Shown here one piece after another: positions 1 to 10,962 of a stretch of DNA of 39,290 nucleotides. Location: assembly GCF_001194135.2 (NCBI RefSeq), contig NC_068990.1, forward strand, positions 49,421,862 through 49,461,151, in the 5' to 3' direction. The DNA is from Octopus bimaculoides. Lineage: Eukaryota. Numbering within the stretch: position 1 is the first letter of the stretch; each line of letters opens with the position of its first letter. A program made the translations under genes and the position numbers. The notes under the pieces are model-generated. The model did not search any database. It was given only the letters and a program-made list of their open reading frames with translations, and had not been told where the DNA came from.

Positions 1-349
1 GTAGCCAGCCCACTTATGCATACCTTTCCTTCATTGGACACTAAACTCCGCTTGCGAAAACTTTTTGAGGCAAGTGAAATTGAAATCGAACTAAATTTGA
101 CGACTGGCACCCATGCCAACGTCGTCTCCTTCATTGGACACAAAACTCAGCTTGCGAAGACTTATTGAGGCAAGCGAAAGCGAAATCGGGATGGCACCTG
201 TGCCCAGCGTTGCCTTTCTGGCACTTGTGCCCGTGACATGTGTAAGGACTGGAGACTAGTGTAGCCATCTGGTTCACCAGTCCTCAGTCAAATCGTCCAA
301 CCCATGCTAGTATGGAAAGCGAACGTTAAACGATGATAATGATGATGAT
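1..349 (+). mobile_element. 3' end (3'UTR and (GAT)n tail) of an RTE-clade LINE, left-truncated by the window edge
   Basis: Ends ...cctcagtcaaatcgtccaacccatgctagtatggaaagcgaacgttaaacgatgataatgatgatgat, matching the ends at 4417-4470 and 38550-38625. Contains two copies of a unit (tccttcattggaca..cttgcgaa..ttgaggcaag) starting at 27 and 127. Followed by (TA)n to 371. Confidence 0.8.
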
Positions 350-799
350 ATATATATATATATATATATATGTTAACCCCAACCACCCAATCCTACATAA
401 ACTAGCTTGTTCAGATTCCCCTACCTCATATTTTGATATCTTGCCACATGGAGTAGAGATCAGATGTTCAGATAAGCAACTTTGTTTTCCAACATACCAC
501 ACATCTAAAAACCTCTTTTACAGTGCAGATTATAATTACTTTATTATTTCATTTCATTATCCATCTATGTAAATACAGTTTCATCTTACATGCCATATGT
601 TTAGAGAAAAGAACTTAATATCCCTATGCTCAATCCAACTCTCCCTCTCTTTATTATTGTCATTTATTCATTCATTTATTTAATTTTGTCACAGTTTGGC
701 TGATCGAAAACTGTTGGTTATAGCTCTAGTTAAGAATGCAGATGCCCAATTTTATCTCATTATTATTTTTACTATTCTTTCACACCAGCAGCCTGAGTT

Positions 800-3700
800 T
801 TTGCTGTTTTGTGGTGCACCCGCCCTTCCCACCACTACCACCTGTACCAGAAGTCTTTATCCTCTAACCTCTATTGGATGTCTTTCCCCCTGAACACCTC
901 CAGAGGCTTAATGCTCCCTCATCCCTACTTAGGGTTTATCTCCTATGCAATGTAGTGATTATGTAGTGCATAAAATGATGGTGTAGTGTATGCAGGTAGA
1001 AGGCTAGTGTATGTTTATGAGTTCTGCCAAATGCAAGCTTTCTTTTCAGGTACATGATGCTGCTGTCCCCCATCCCAGGGTCTCGCAGAACCACACCTTC
1101 CACACCCTCAGAGTTGGCACACTGAAAGGTGGGTCTGGTGAGATTGTTGAGATGCTTGAACAGAGATGTGTAGATTTGTGCTGCATCCAAGAAATAAGGT
1201 GGAGAGGAAGTTCTATTAAGTTCATCACAGGCAAAGAACATAGGTATAAAATTTTCTGGGCAGGGAACACTGACGGGATCAGGGACATGGGTATACTTCT
1301 TGTGGAGAAATGGGTTGATATGGTAATCAAGGTAGTCAGAGTCTGTGATAGAATACTTAAGTTTAGATGAGTGCTGCAACATGGATTAGAACCATTATCT
1401 CAACTTATGCCCCTCAGCCAAAGCTACCTGATGAACAGAAAGACCAGTTTTATGGTACCCTCTTGCAGACTACCTCGTCAACAAATGACAGGGACCTTCT
1501 CTTTGAGGCTGGCGACTTCAGTGGGCATGTTGGACAACATGCAGGGGGCTTCCATGGCGTACATGGTGACTATGGTTTTGGTTCCTGCAATGAGGAGGGA
1601 ATCAGGCTGCTGGAGTTCTGTGATGCAAATGATCTTATGGTTTGTAATACTAACTTCTGGAAACCTGCCAGTAACCTATTCACCTACCGGTCTCATGGAT
1701 GCACTAGTCAAATTGACTACATCCTCATCAGGAAATTGGAAAGATGGCTACTTATAAATGCCAAAACCTTCCCTGGTGAGGAATGCACCCCGTAACATAG
1801 ATTAGTAGTTAGTGACTTCAGGATCAGGGCTAACTGGATGCTCAGAAGACAACCAGCATGAAAAAGAAGGGGTGCAGGAAGCTTAAGGATCCTGTGAATG
1901 GACAGAGATTTAGAGACATATTACTCGAAGCTTTTGACAAAATAGATGAGGATATAGCATCGCATGATATGGAAGGCAACTGGAGTTTTCTACGGGACAT
2001 GTTGAGGGCTACTGATCAGATCTGTGGATGGTGCAAAGTCCCCTGTTGACCCAAGGTAACGTGCTGGTGGAATAATGTACTTGACAGGGCTATTAGACAA
2101 AAGAAACAGGCATGGAAGGACTGGAAGAACGGTGGTAGCAGGGAATTGTATCAGATTGCCAGAAGGGAAGCTAGGAGACAGGTTTACTCAGCCAGAGGGG
2201 AAGCAGATAAGAAAAAATTTGCCAATTCTCTGCATCGTGAGAATTGGTGCATTGGCAAAAACATTTGCCAATGCTCTGCACATTGGCCAAAAATTTTGCC
2301 AATGCTCTGCGACTTGAAATGTTTTGTTTTGCAAGACAGTATGTGAGAGAGAATTGTGATGTCATAGGAGAGAAATGTGTCTGTATGGATGATGGCCTTG
2401 GGAGATAAAGCAATTAAGGGTATGAAGACGGAAAGTCCTCAGTCCATCAGGAATCACTGCAAAGATGCTTAAAATATCTGGAGATGTCAGCAATAGTCTC
2501 ATAACCTGTATAGTCAATCAGGTGATACATGAAGGAGTCATACCCAATGACTGGTGTAGCAGCACCATAGTCAACTGTTACAAAGGTAAAGGTGATGCAT
2601 TAGATATGAATGATTACAGAGGTATCAAGTTACTGGATTAGGTAATGAAAGTCACAGAGAGAGTCATAGCCCAACTAATTAGGGAGAGAGTTAGTTTAGA
2701 CGAGATGCAGTTTGGGTTTGTACCAGGGAAAAGCACTACTGATGCTATATTTCTGGTAAGACAGCTGTAGGAGAAATACCTAGCCAAAGATAAACCTCTG
2801 TACCTGGAGAAAGCTTTTGAGAGGGACCCCCGATCCCTTATCTGGTAGTCAATGCAAAAACTAGAGATAGATGAGTGGTTAGTGAGAGCTGTACAAGCCA
2901 TCTACAGGGATGCTGTCAGTAAGGTGAGGGTTGGCAACGACTATAGTGAAGAATTCCAGGTAGGGGTAGGGGTTCACCAAGGATCAGTCCTCAGTGCTCT
3001 CTTATTCATCATAGTCTTCCATGCAATAACAGAGGAATTCAAGACAGGCTGCTCCTGGGAGCTTCTCTATGCTGATGATCTTGCTCTAATAGCTGAATCA
3101 CTATCAGAACTAGAGAAGTTTCAGGTGTGGAAGCAAGATCTAGAAGAAATAGGAAGGCAGACAAATCACAAATCCCTTCAGGTAGATGACCCTGCTCGAT
3201 CTGTAATAAAGGTGTAGGTAGAAACTCCATAAGATGTACCCAGTGTAAGCTATGGACACATAAGAGGTGCAGCAATATCAAAGGAAGGCTACCTGGGAAG
3301 ATAGTTTTTGTGTGTAGCAAATGCTCAGGGATAATAAACACTGAAAATATGCAGAAAACAGCTTCCATTACATGTCAGGGAGAAAAACTAGAAGTAGTTG
3401 GTAGCTTCCGTTACCTAGGCAACCAAGTCTGTAGTGGGGGTGGATGCTCAGTGAGTGTTACCACTAGAATAAGAATAGCCTGGGCAAAGTTCAGAAAGCT
3501 TCTACCCCTACTGGTGACAAAGGGCCTCTCGCTCAGAGTGAAAGCTAGATTGTACGATGCATGTGTGTGAACTGCCATGCTTCATGGCAGTGAAACATGG
3601 ACATGCAAAGGCTCGAAAGAAATGAAGCTAGCATGATCCACTGGATGTGTAATGTCAGTGTGCATACATGACAGTGTAAGTGCCCTGAGAGAAATGTCGG

Positions 3701-4470
3701 ACATAAGAAGCATCAGATGTGGCATGCAAGAGAGACGTTTGCGTTGGTATAGTCCTGTACTACAGACGGATGAGGAGAGCTGTGTGAAAAACTGTCACAC
3801 CCTAGCAGTAGAGGGAACCCGTGGAAGAGGTAGACCCAGGAAGACCTGGGATTGGGTGGTGAAACACAACCTTCGAACATTAGGCCTCATGGAAGCGATG
3901 ACGAGTGACCAAGACCTTTGGAGATATATTGTACTTGAGAAGACCCAGCAATCCAAGTGAGACTGTAACCGTAGCCTATGCCAGTGCAGTATAACTGGCC
4001 CATTTAAGAGTACCCTTCAATCATTGGGCAATAAACTGTGCTTGTGAGGACTGGTTGAGTCAAGTGAAATCATTGTCATGACCAATGCCAGTACCGCCCA
4101 ACTGGCACCCATGCCAGTGGCACGTAAAAAACACCATTCGAGCGTGGTTGATGCCAGTGCCGCCTGACTGTTACTGTGCCTGATACGTAAAAAGCACCAT
4201 TCAAGCCTGGCCATTGCCAGTGCCGCCTGACTGGCTGCCATGCCAATGGCATGTAAAAAGCACCATTCAAGCATGGTTGTTGCCAGTGCCGCCTGACTGG
4301 CTCGCATGTAAAGCACCCACTACATTCTCAGAGTGGTTGGCATTAGGAAGGGCATCTAGCTGTAGAAATCTTTCCAGATCAGACTGGAGTCTGGTACAGC
4401 CTTCTGGCTTGCAAGGCCTCAGTCAAACCGTCCAACTCATGCCAGCATAGAAAGCAGACAATGATGATAT
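800..4470 (+). mobile_element. Near-full-length, inactivated RTE-clade non-LTR retrotransposon (APE endonuclease + reverse transcriptase pseudogene, 3'UTR, (GAT)n tail)
   Basis: Fragmented ORFs give APE motifs (LRVGTL..CCIQEIRW, YAPQ, GDFSGHVG, SQIDYIL) at about 1100-1730. RT motifs follow: YRGIKLL, QFGFVPGKSTTDAIF, GVHQGSVLS, LLYADD (YADD at 3068-3079), FRYLG, and C-terminal GRGRPRKTW. Many stops and frameshifts. The 5' boundary is approximate. Confidence 0.95.
4086..4310 (+). repeat. Four ~65-bp tandem units in the RTE 3'UTR
   Basis: Core tgccagtgccgcctgactgg recurs at 4086, 4152, 4215 and 4281 (periods 66, 63, 66). Three of the units also carry the gtaaaaa(g)caccattc segment. Confidence 0.85.
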
Positions 4471-4686
4471 ATATAACAATGGAAATATTTAATAAATATG
4501 TTAGTTAATGTAAGTATCCTGATTAGAAAAATTAAAGTCTACAATATTCAAATAGTAACAAGCTGATTCTATGTATATTAAAATACAAATCTCAAGTTTA
4601 TACTTATATACACTAGTAAATTAATAATAATAATCATTTTCTTTATATTGCTATGTACATACATTGATTTTAATCTATATTGGCAG

Positions 4687-4773
4687 GAAATTGAAATCTA
4701 TAAAGAAGAATCTCGGAAGAAATTGGAGTACGAAAGAAAGCTCAATGAGAAATTAAGGCATATTACTGGTTGA
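4687..4773 (+). CDS. Probable terminal coding exon of an upstream plus-strand gene encoding a coiled-coil C-terminus (EIEIYKEESRKKLEYERKLNEKLRHITG*)
   Basis: T-rich tract and CAG acceptor at 4684-4686, then 28 stop-free codons in phase 0 of charged, helix-prone sequence ending in TGA at 4771-4773. AATAAA at 4986-4991. Protein not recognised. Confidence 0.6.
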   Translation, partial: EIEIYKEESRKKLEYERKLNEKLRHITG

Positions 4774-5324
4774 TGCTTACAATAATTGGTTGCCTACAAC
4801 AATGCACCTACATTCATCATATAAATCAATTAGACTCAGTGGAAAAACCAATCACAATACAATTGAAATGTAATTACTAAAATTATTTTAAAAGGGCTTA
4901 CACTTACTATGTTGCTACATTAGTTTCTAATAGCATCTAGTGTAGACTGGATAAACTAGCAGAACTGACATCAAGAACATCATGAAATAAAAATTAATGA
5001 TTATTCAAATGTTTTACTGGAAGTAATAACATTCTGCTACAAGATAGGTAACATAATTACTGCAGCAGGTAATCATAAAGAAAGTACAGGGGTTAGTATA
5101 TAAAGTGGCTGAGAACCTAACTTTTTGTGGGGAACAGAAAGAAGCTTCTTTCTCTGTTCTTGTTTGGTCCCAACACAGTTCTGATTGAGCTGGCACCGTA
5201 TGCATAATCAAAGACATTCTAGCCTTGATTATCCAATCTTTTTCAAGCATTATGTACTTTAGACTACATTCTCCAATATTTTGTATCTTAAAACAGTAAG
5301 ATGATTTTTGTGTTTTTTTAAGAT

Positions 5325-5490
5325 TTGGCTACTATTTCAAGAAGGTTGAACAACCACATAGAAATTCTTTGTGGGCATGGCTACTTTCTTTGACGAATTA
5401 TCGTCATCATTTGTATGTCTGTTTTTAGACTAAATTTCTCAAGGCAGATTTTCTACACCTGGATGCTCTTCTTGTCACAAACCCTACAAA
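5325..5490 (-). mobile_element. Degenerate SINE/LINE fragment sharing the RTE 3' segment
   Basis: 5451-5483 (ttctacacctggatgctcttcttgtcacaaacc) resembles the reverse complement of ggttggcgttaggaagggcatccagctgtagaa at about 38468-38500. Confidence 0.4.
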
Positions 5491-5844
5491 GTACTCAAGA
5501 AGGGAATTTCATTTCACTGATCTTCACACACACAACCCAATGAAGCTTTTGAAACTAGGACTTTTGCTCACTGAGGAATTGATTACAGTTGTTATTCTGA
5601 AAAAAAATTATATCCAATTACAACCTCCAAAAACTTTCAAAAGTCACAACACTGAAAGTAGTGCTGTTAGATATTGTATGAATACTCAGTAAAAATATCA
5701 ATACAATACATAAATTAAAACTATATGGAGTCTCAAATGACATGAGAATGAATCAAGCTATGCAGAGAAAAAAAATCATTGTTTTAAGGTACATTTTTTC
5801 TATGCTTCTCTATGTCAGATGAAATTCATTGAGGCAGATTTGCA

Positions 5845-6607
5845 GAATGTAAAAACTAAACCAAATACCACAAGGCATTCTGTCCTATGTTGTAATGATT
5901 CACCACCTTAATGACAATAACAATAATCCTTTTTACTATAGGCACAAGGCCTGAAATTTTGGAGGAGGGAGGCTAGTCAATAACATTGACCCCAGTGCTC
6001 TACTGGTACTTATTTCATCGACCCCAAAAGGATGAAAGGCAAAGCCGACCTTGGTAGAATTTGAACTCTGAATGTAAAGACAGACAAAATGCCACTAAGC
6101 ATTTTGCCCAGCATGCTAATGATTCTGCCAGCTCATTGCCTTAACAACAACAATAATAGTTTAAAACATTGGCATAAAGCCAGCTATTGGGGAGGGGTAG
6201 TCAATTATATCAACCCCACTACATGACTGGTAATTTATTTTATTGACCCTGAAAAGATGAAAGGCCAAGTTGACTTCAGCAGTATTTGAACTCAAAGCAA
6301 AGAACCAGAAGAAATGCAGTGTAACATTTTGCTCAATGTGCTAACTATTCGGCCAGCTCACTGCCTTAAAAACAACAATAATAACTGTTTTTAACATAGG
6401 TACAAGGCCTGAAATTTGGTAGTAGAAGTGAGAACAGTCAGTTCCATAAATCTGCAGTAATTGACTGATACTTTATTTTGTCAACCTCAATAGGAGGAAA
6501 AGCAAAATCAACCTCAGCAGAAACTGAACTCAAAACATGAAGAACAAGAACAAAATATCATGTGGCATTTTGTCCACTGCTCTAACAATTTTGCAAATCC
6601 ATCACCC
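5845..6607 (-). mobile_element. Train of Nin/Deu-domain tRNA-derived SINEs (head remnant 5845-5910; copies about 5924-6143, 6161-6368, 6389-6607)
   Basis: Each copy reads on the minus strand aaggcR..gagctggcagaat..ttagca..gagttcaaatt..gcctttcatccttt.ggggtcgat..aagtaccag. Copies are separated by (AAT/AAC)n tracts. Confidence 0.85.
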
Positions 6608-6975
6608 TTTCTAATTGATGTATCAATACCAACAGATGACAATGTTTCTCTAAAAGAAACAGTGAAACTTTCAAAATACAAAGATCTGGAAATAGAGGTA
6701 ACTCGATTGTGGAGTCTAAAACCAGAAACAATTCCTATCATAGTAGGTACATTAGGTATGATAAAAAATATTCAGACAAATATATAACAAAAACACCAGG
6801 ACTAACAAGTATATATAACATACAGAAAATAGCACTACAAGGCACCACACACATCCTTTGTAAAACACTTTCAATACAGTAAAAATAAGAGCATCACAAC
6901 AAACCACAGTACACACCCAAGGCACAGAGAGCTGCGCTCAGTAGTGCACATGATAAAAATAAGACCACTGAATAA
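6608..6975 (+). mobile_element. 5'-truncated R4/Dong-type non-LTR retrotransposon: restriction-like endonuclease C-terminus and 3'UTR ending in (AAT)n
   Basis: Translation FLIDVSIPTDDNVSLKETVKLSKYKDLEIEVTRLWSLKPETIPIIVGTLG matches the RLE D..K..KY and PIVIGALG-type motifs. Ends gaccactgaataataa. Confidence 0.8.
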
Positions 6976-6983
6976 TAACCATA

Positions 6984-7674
6984 ATCCTTTCTACTATAGG
7001 CACAAGGCCTGAAATTTTAGAAGAGGCTAGTCAATTACAGTGCTCAACTGGTACTTACTACATCAATACCAAAAGAATAGAAGGCAAAGTGGACCTCAGT
7101 GGAATTTAAACATGGAACATAAAGATGAATGAAATGCCACTAAGCATTCTGTCTGGCATGTTAGCAATTTTGCCAGCTCACTGCCTTAATAATAATAATA
7201 ACAACAACAATAATAATAATGGTTTCAAATTTTGCTACAAGAGCAGCAGTTTTGGAGGAGTGGATGAGTTGTTTACAATGACCCCAGTGTTTAACTGGCA
7301 CTTACTTTATCAACTCTGAAAGATTGAAAAGCAAAGTTGACCTCAATGGAATTTGAACTCAGATCATAGTGACAGGCGAAAAACTGCTAAGCATTTCATC
7401 CAGCATGCTAACGATTCCACCAGCTCGCCACCTTAATAATAATGATAATAATTATAATAATGGTTTCAATTTTGGCACAAGGCCAGTAAGCTCAGGGATG
7501 GGGTAAGTCAATTACATTGACCTCAGTGCTCAACTGGTGCTCATTTCATTGACCCCGAAAGGATAAAAGGCAAAGTCAACCATGGCAGAATTTGAACTCA
7601 GAACATAAAGACAGACAAAATGCCACTAAGCATTTTGCCCGACATTGTAACAGTTCTGCCAGCTTACCAACTTA
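6984..7674 (-). mobile_element. Second part of the SINE train: three Nin-domain SINE copies (about 6984-7187, 7221-7436, 7460-7674)
   Basis: Same diagnostic motifs as 5924-6143. Spacers are (AAT)n/(AAC)n at 7187-7220 and 7435-7460. Confidence 0.85.
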
Positions 7675-7676
7675 AT

Positions 7677-8605
7677 AACAAGAGCACTCAGAGAGTGCAA
7701 ACCTCTGCCAAGGCAACACTAACATCCTCTAACTGATTATCCAGAGATGATTTTTAAAATGAAAATATCTCAAATAAACTCGATTGCTCTCACAAACAAG
7801 AATACTAAAAATGAACCCAACTGCTCTCAAAAATTAAGTAAAAAAATGGAAAAATAATCCAGAATCCTTGTCCAGTACCAGATCAATTCCAATGGTAGTC
7901 ATGGAATGTGAAGGTGGCTGTAGAAAATTTAGTAACAGTAATAGATAGTTTATCCACATCTAATACAAGCTAAAGTTAACAAATTCACCATTCAAAATAG
8001 TTTCAAAGGCGGAGGTAATAATAATAAGTTTTACTCAGGAATTTTTAAATGAATGGCATGAGACCTTTTGGCTTTCTCTTCTCTTAAATTCTGGCCTTCC
8101 TTTAGTATTCCTGTTGTTTTGGATCAATGTATAGATGTATATATGTAAGTATACCGTAAAGTGTTAATATGTATGTATAATATACAATATATATATATTA
8201 TAAAAATATGTTAGTGTTATTTAATTTCTGAACGGTTTTGCTGCCGTTTGTTTATATAGTATGATTTCTTTATCCATCAGTTTCTACTAAGATAGAGATG
8301 TGAGTAAAATTAATAATAGAGAAACAAAAATGAAACTGTGGAAACAGCCTAAAGGGAGATAATTGAGAAATACTCGAAAGTCAACATAAGTTCATAATCA
8401 TGTAAAGTAAATATAACAAATAATCCAGAATCCTTGTCTGGTAATGGATTGATTCCAAAATCTAATCAGTTCATGCCAGTCATAAGGCCAAACATTCCTG
8501 AAAGTTTGATCTGAATCCATCCAGTGGTTTTTGAGATATCTTGTCCAGACAAACAAACAAACACAACTGAAAACAATACCCCCACCTTTGCTAAGGCAGA
8601 GGTAA
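7677..8605 (+). mobile_element. Non-autonomous Helentron-like (HINE/DINE-type) element, rearranged or present as two partial copies
   Basis: 5' subterminal acctctgcc (7701-7709) is the reverse complement of ggcagaggt (8595-8603), which is also the arm of an imperfect 3' palindrome. A (CAAA)n microsatellite lies near the 3' end. aataatccagaatccttgtc occurs at about 7853 and 8419, and a second aggcggaggtaat end lies at about 8005-8017. Confidence 0.5.
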
Positions 8606-8614
8606 TAATATACA

Positions 8615-9165
8615 GTACCAGGCAGTGGCTCTCATGGCTTTTGATCTTGATTGATTGGAACTATTATCATGTACATTGTTTTGTCTTGGTATAAAAAGGT
8701 GGGTTACAGCAAATATTCTGCTCAGTACCACAGATTTGCTTGTCAATTACTTGACCATAACCAGTTGAGCATGGCATGTCGTGGCTGACAATATATGCAT
8801 CTCTGATCACAAGCAGATGTAGTGTGGGAGCATCAGAGCCATGTGTTGAGAGGAATTCTTTGGAGTTTGAATAATTCACCTCTGGAAACGGGTATTTTGT
8901 TCAACATCCTTAAACAAATCTTATTCAGGAACCTTTTGAGTGGGATGGGCCACTCAACCTGAAGAAAATTCTAACTGGCCTCACCTTCAAGATCATGCAC
9001 TGTTTATCTTAATATAAGATCACCCTGTCATGCACATATGGTTGTGATTCATGTGCCTGGTGTACCTTTATCAGAAAGGTAGTCATGATGGGTATATTGG
9101 GCTTTGTTTATTTGTACCCGTGTCATTTTGATGGCATGCGCTGCTCTCTCACTTCATAATAATAT
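8615..9165 (+). repeat. Interspersed repeat, probably the 3'UTR of a non-LTR element ending in an (AAT)n tail
   Basis: More GC-rich than the flanks and ends gcatgcgctgctctctcacttcataataata. Family recognised from memory only, with no coding signal seen. Confidence 0.35.
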
Positions 9166-9176
9166 AATAATAATAA

Positions 9177-9614
9177 TCCTTTCTACTATAGGCACAAGGC
9201 TTGAAATCTGGAGGTTGGAGACAATCGATTACATTGATCCCAGCCTCTGACTAGTACTTAATTTATTGACCCTGAAAGGATGAAAGTAAAGTTGACTTTG
9301 GCGGAATTTGAACTCACAATGTAAAGACAGACGAAATGTCGATGTGCTAATGATTCTGCCAATTCACCACCTTAATAATAATAATGATGATGATGATGAT
9401 GGTTTTAAACTTTGGTACAAGGCCAGCAGTATTTTAGGAAAGGGGTAAGTTGATTAAATTAACTCCAGTGCTCAGATGGTACTTATTCTATTAACCTTGA
9501 AAGGATGAAAGGCAAAGTCAACTCCAGCGGAATTTGAACTCAGAATGTAAAGATGGGCAAAATGCTACTAAGCATTTCACCTAGCATGCTAACGATTCTA
9601 TCAGCTTGCCACCA
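9177..9614 (-). mobile_element. Two tandem Nin-domain SINE copies (about 9177-9375, 9401-9614)
   Basis: Same motifs as the 5.9-7.7 kb copies, flanked by (AAT)n and (GAT)n tracts. Confidence 0.85.
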
Positions 9615-10235
9615 TAATAACAATAATTGTCTCTAACACAGGTACAGAATGAAAGGCAAAACTGATCTGAATAATTTCTAAATTTAATGTGAAGTTTTAA
9701 GAAAACAGGGTTTCCTATGTTGGCTTAGGATTTCTTTTGTTTAATAATATGTTGTTTTGCATAAATAAGCATACAGTTTCATGTTTCACAAGAGAAGGAA
9801 AATAGGAAATTGGCATATTCATGCTTTATTAAGACAGGTTCCAACAGGGAATTAAACATCAATTTGTGAACATGTTTTTACAAAGGGAAAAAAATGTATA
9901 GCTGCACTATAATGCCCACCACATCACATTCTGATAGTTTGACAACAGTACAATACTTGCCAATGGTTCATGATGAATATATTTTAAAGTTTACCTTTAC
10001 TTTTACTTGTTGCTTCTAAGAGTAAGCGATGAAAAACTAATTAAAAGAAAAAGGAAAAAGGAAGAAACTGTGTAGAATGTGTGTAAGAGAAATCCCTCGC
10101 TATTTTTTAAAATAAATATTTATATATTTTATTAATCGATGGAAGTGGTTTAACTATATTTCAGAGAGGTTGCATGTATATAAGGCAAAAGGGAACTCAT
10201 TAACAATAGGGGCACATACTGATGTGTAAATCATA

Positions 10236-10700
10236 ATACTTTCTAATTTTGGCATAAGGCCTGTAATTTTGAGGGGAGGGGGAAGTTGATTACACTGATC
10301 CCAGTACTCAACTGGTAATTATTTTATCAAGCCTTAAAAGGATGAAAGACAAAGTTGACCTTGGTGGCATTTAAACTCAGAATGTAAAAGAACTGGAAGA
10401 AATGCTGTTAAGTATTTTGTCCAACACAGTATTAATTCTTATTTCTTTATTGCCCACAAGGGGCTAAACATAGAGGGGACAAACAAGGGCAGACAAAGGA
10501 ATTAAGTTAATTACGTCGACCCCAGTGCATAACTGGTACTTAATTTATCGATCCCCCCAAAAGGATGAAAGGCAAAATCGACCTCAGCAGAATTTGAACT
10601 CAGAACGTAACAGCAGACGAAATACCGCTAAGCATTTCGCCTGGCGTGCTAACGTTTCTGCCAGCTCGCCGCCTTATTAATTCTGCCAGTTTGCTGCTTC
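10236..10700 (-). mobile_element. Old Nin-domain SINE interrupted by a younger SINE (10440-10674) with a 10-bp target-site duplication
   Basis: tattaattct at both 10430-10439 and 10675-10684. The inner copy keeps many CpGs and has a different 3' tail. The outer head resumes gccagtttgctgcttcc at 10685. Confidence 0.85.
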
Positions 10701-10795
10701 CAATTTGTAAATCATAATGAAAGCATGAATAAAAACATCAAGAACATATAAAAATAAAGGTAAACCGAAGTGGTGGATTCACACACACATATACA

Positions 10796-10962
10796 CAGTT
10801 GATAATCCTTTATCCAAAATGATTGGGATTTTGAAATTATATTGTACTTACATCAATAAAACAGGACAGCTTGGGTATGGGACCCAAGTCTAAACATATT
10901 ATCCATTTACATTTCATATTACAGCTTACACATATATTATGAAAATATCTTTATATAAATTT
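10796..10962 (+). mobile_element. Tigger/pogo-type DNA transposon fragment resembling Tigger4 (Zombi/MER46)
   Basis: Starts cagttgataatcctttatccaaaatgattggga and contains cttgggtatgggacccaagtctaaaca, both close to my recollection of the Tigger4 sequence. No right TIR found. Confidence 0.5.

Noticed and set aside
936-1382. Antisense ORFs over the RTE element (936-1382, 3039-3368, 4017-4316)
   Set aside because: Shadows of the LINE coding strand or of tandem 3'UTR repeats, with no independent motifs.
5845-7675. Regularly spaced repeats read as a CRISPR-like array
   Set aside because: The units are ~200-bp tRNA-derived SINEs with microsatellite spacers in a eukaryotic context, and there are no cas genes.
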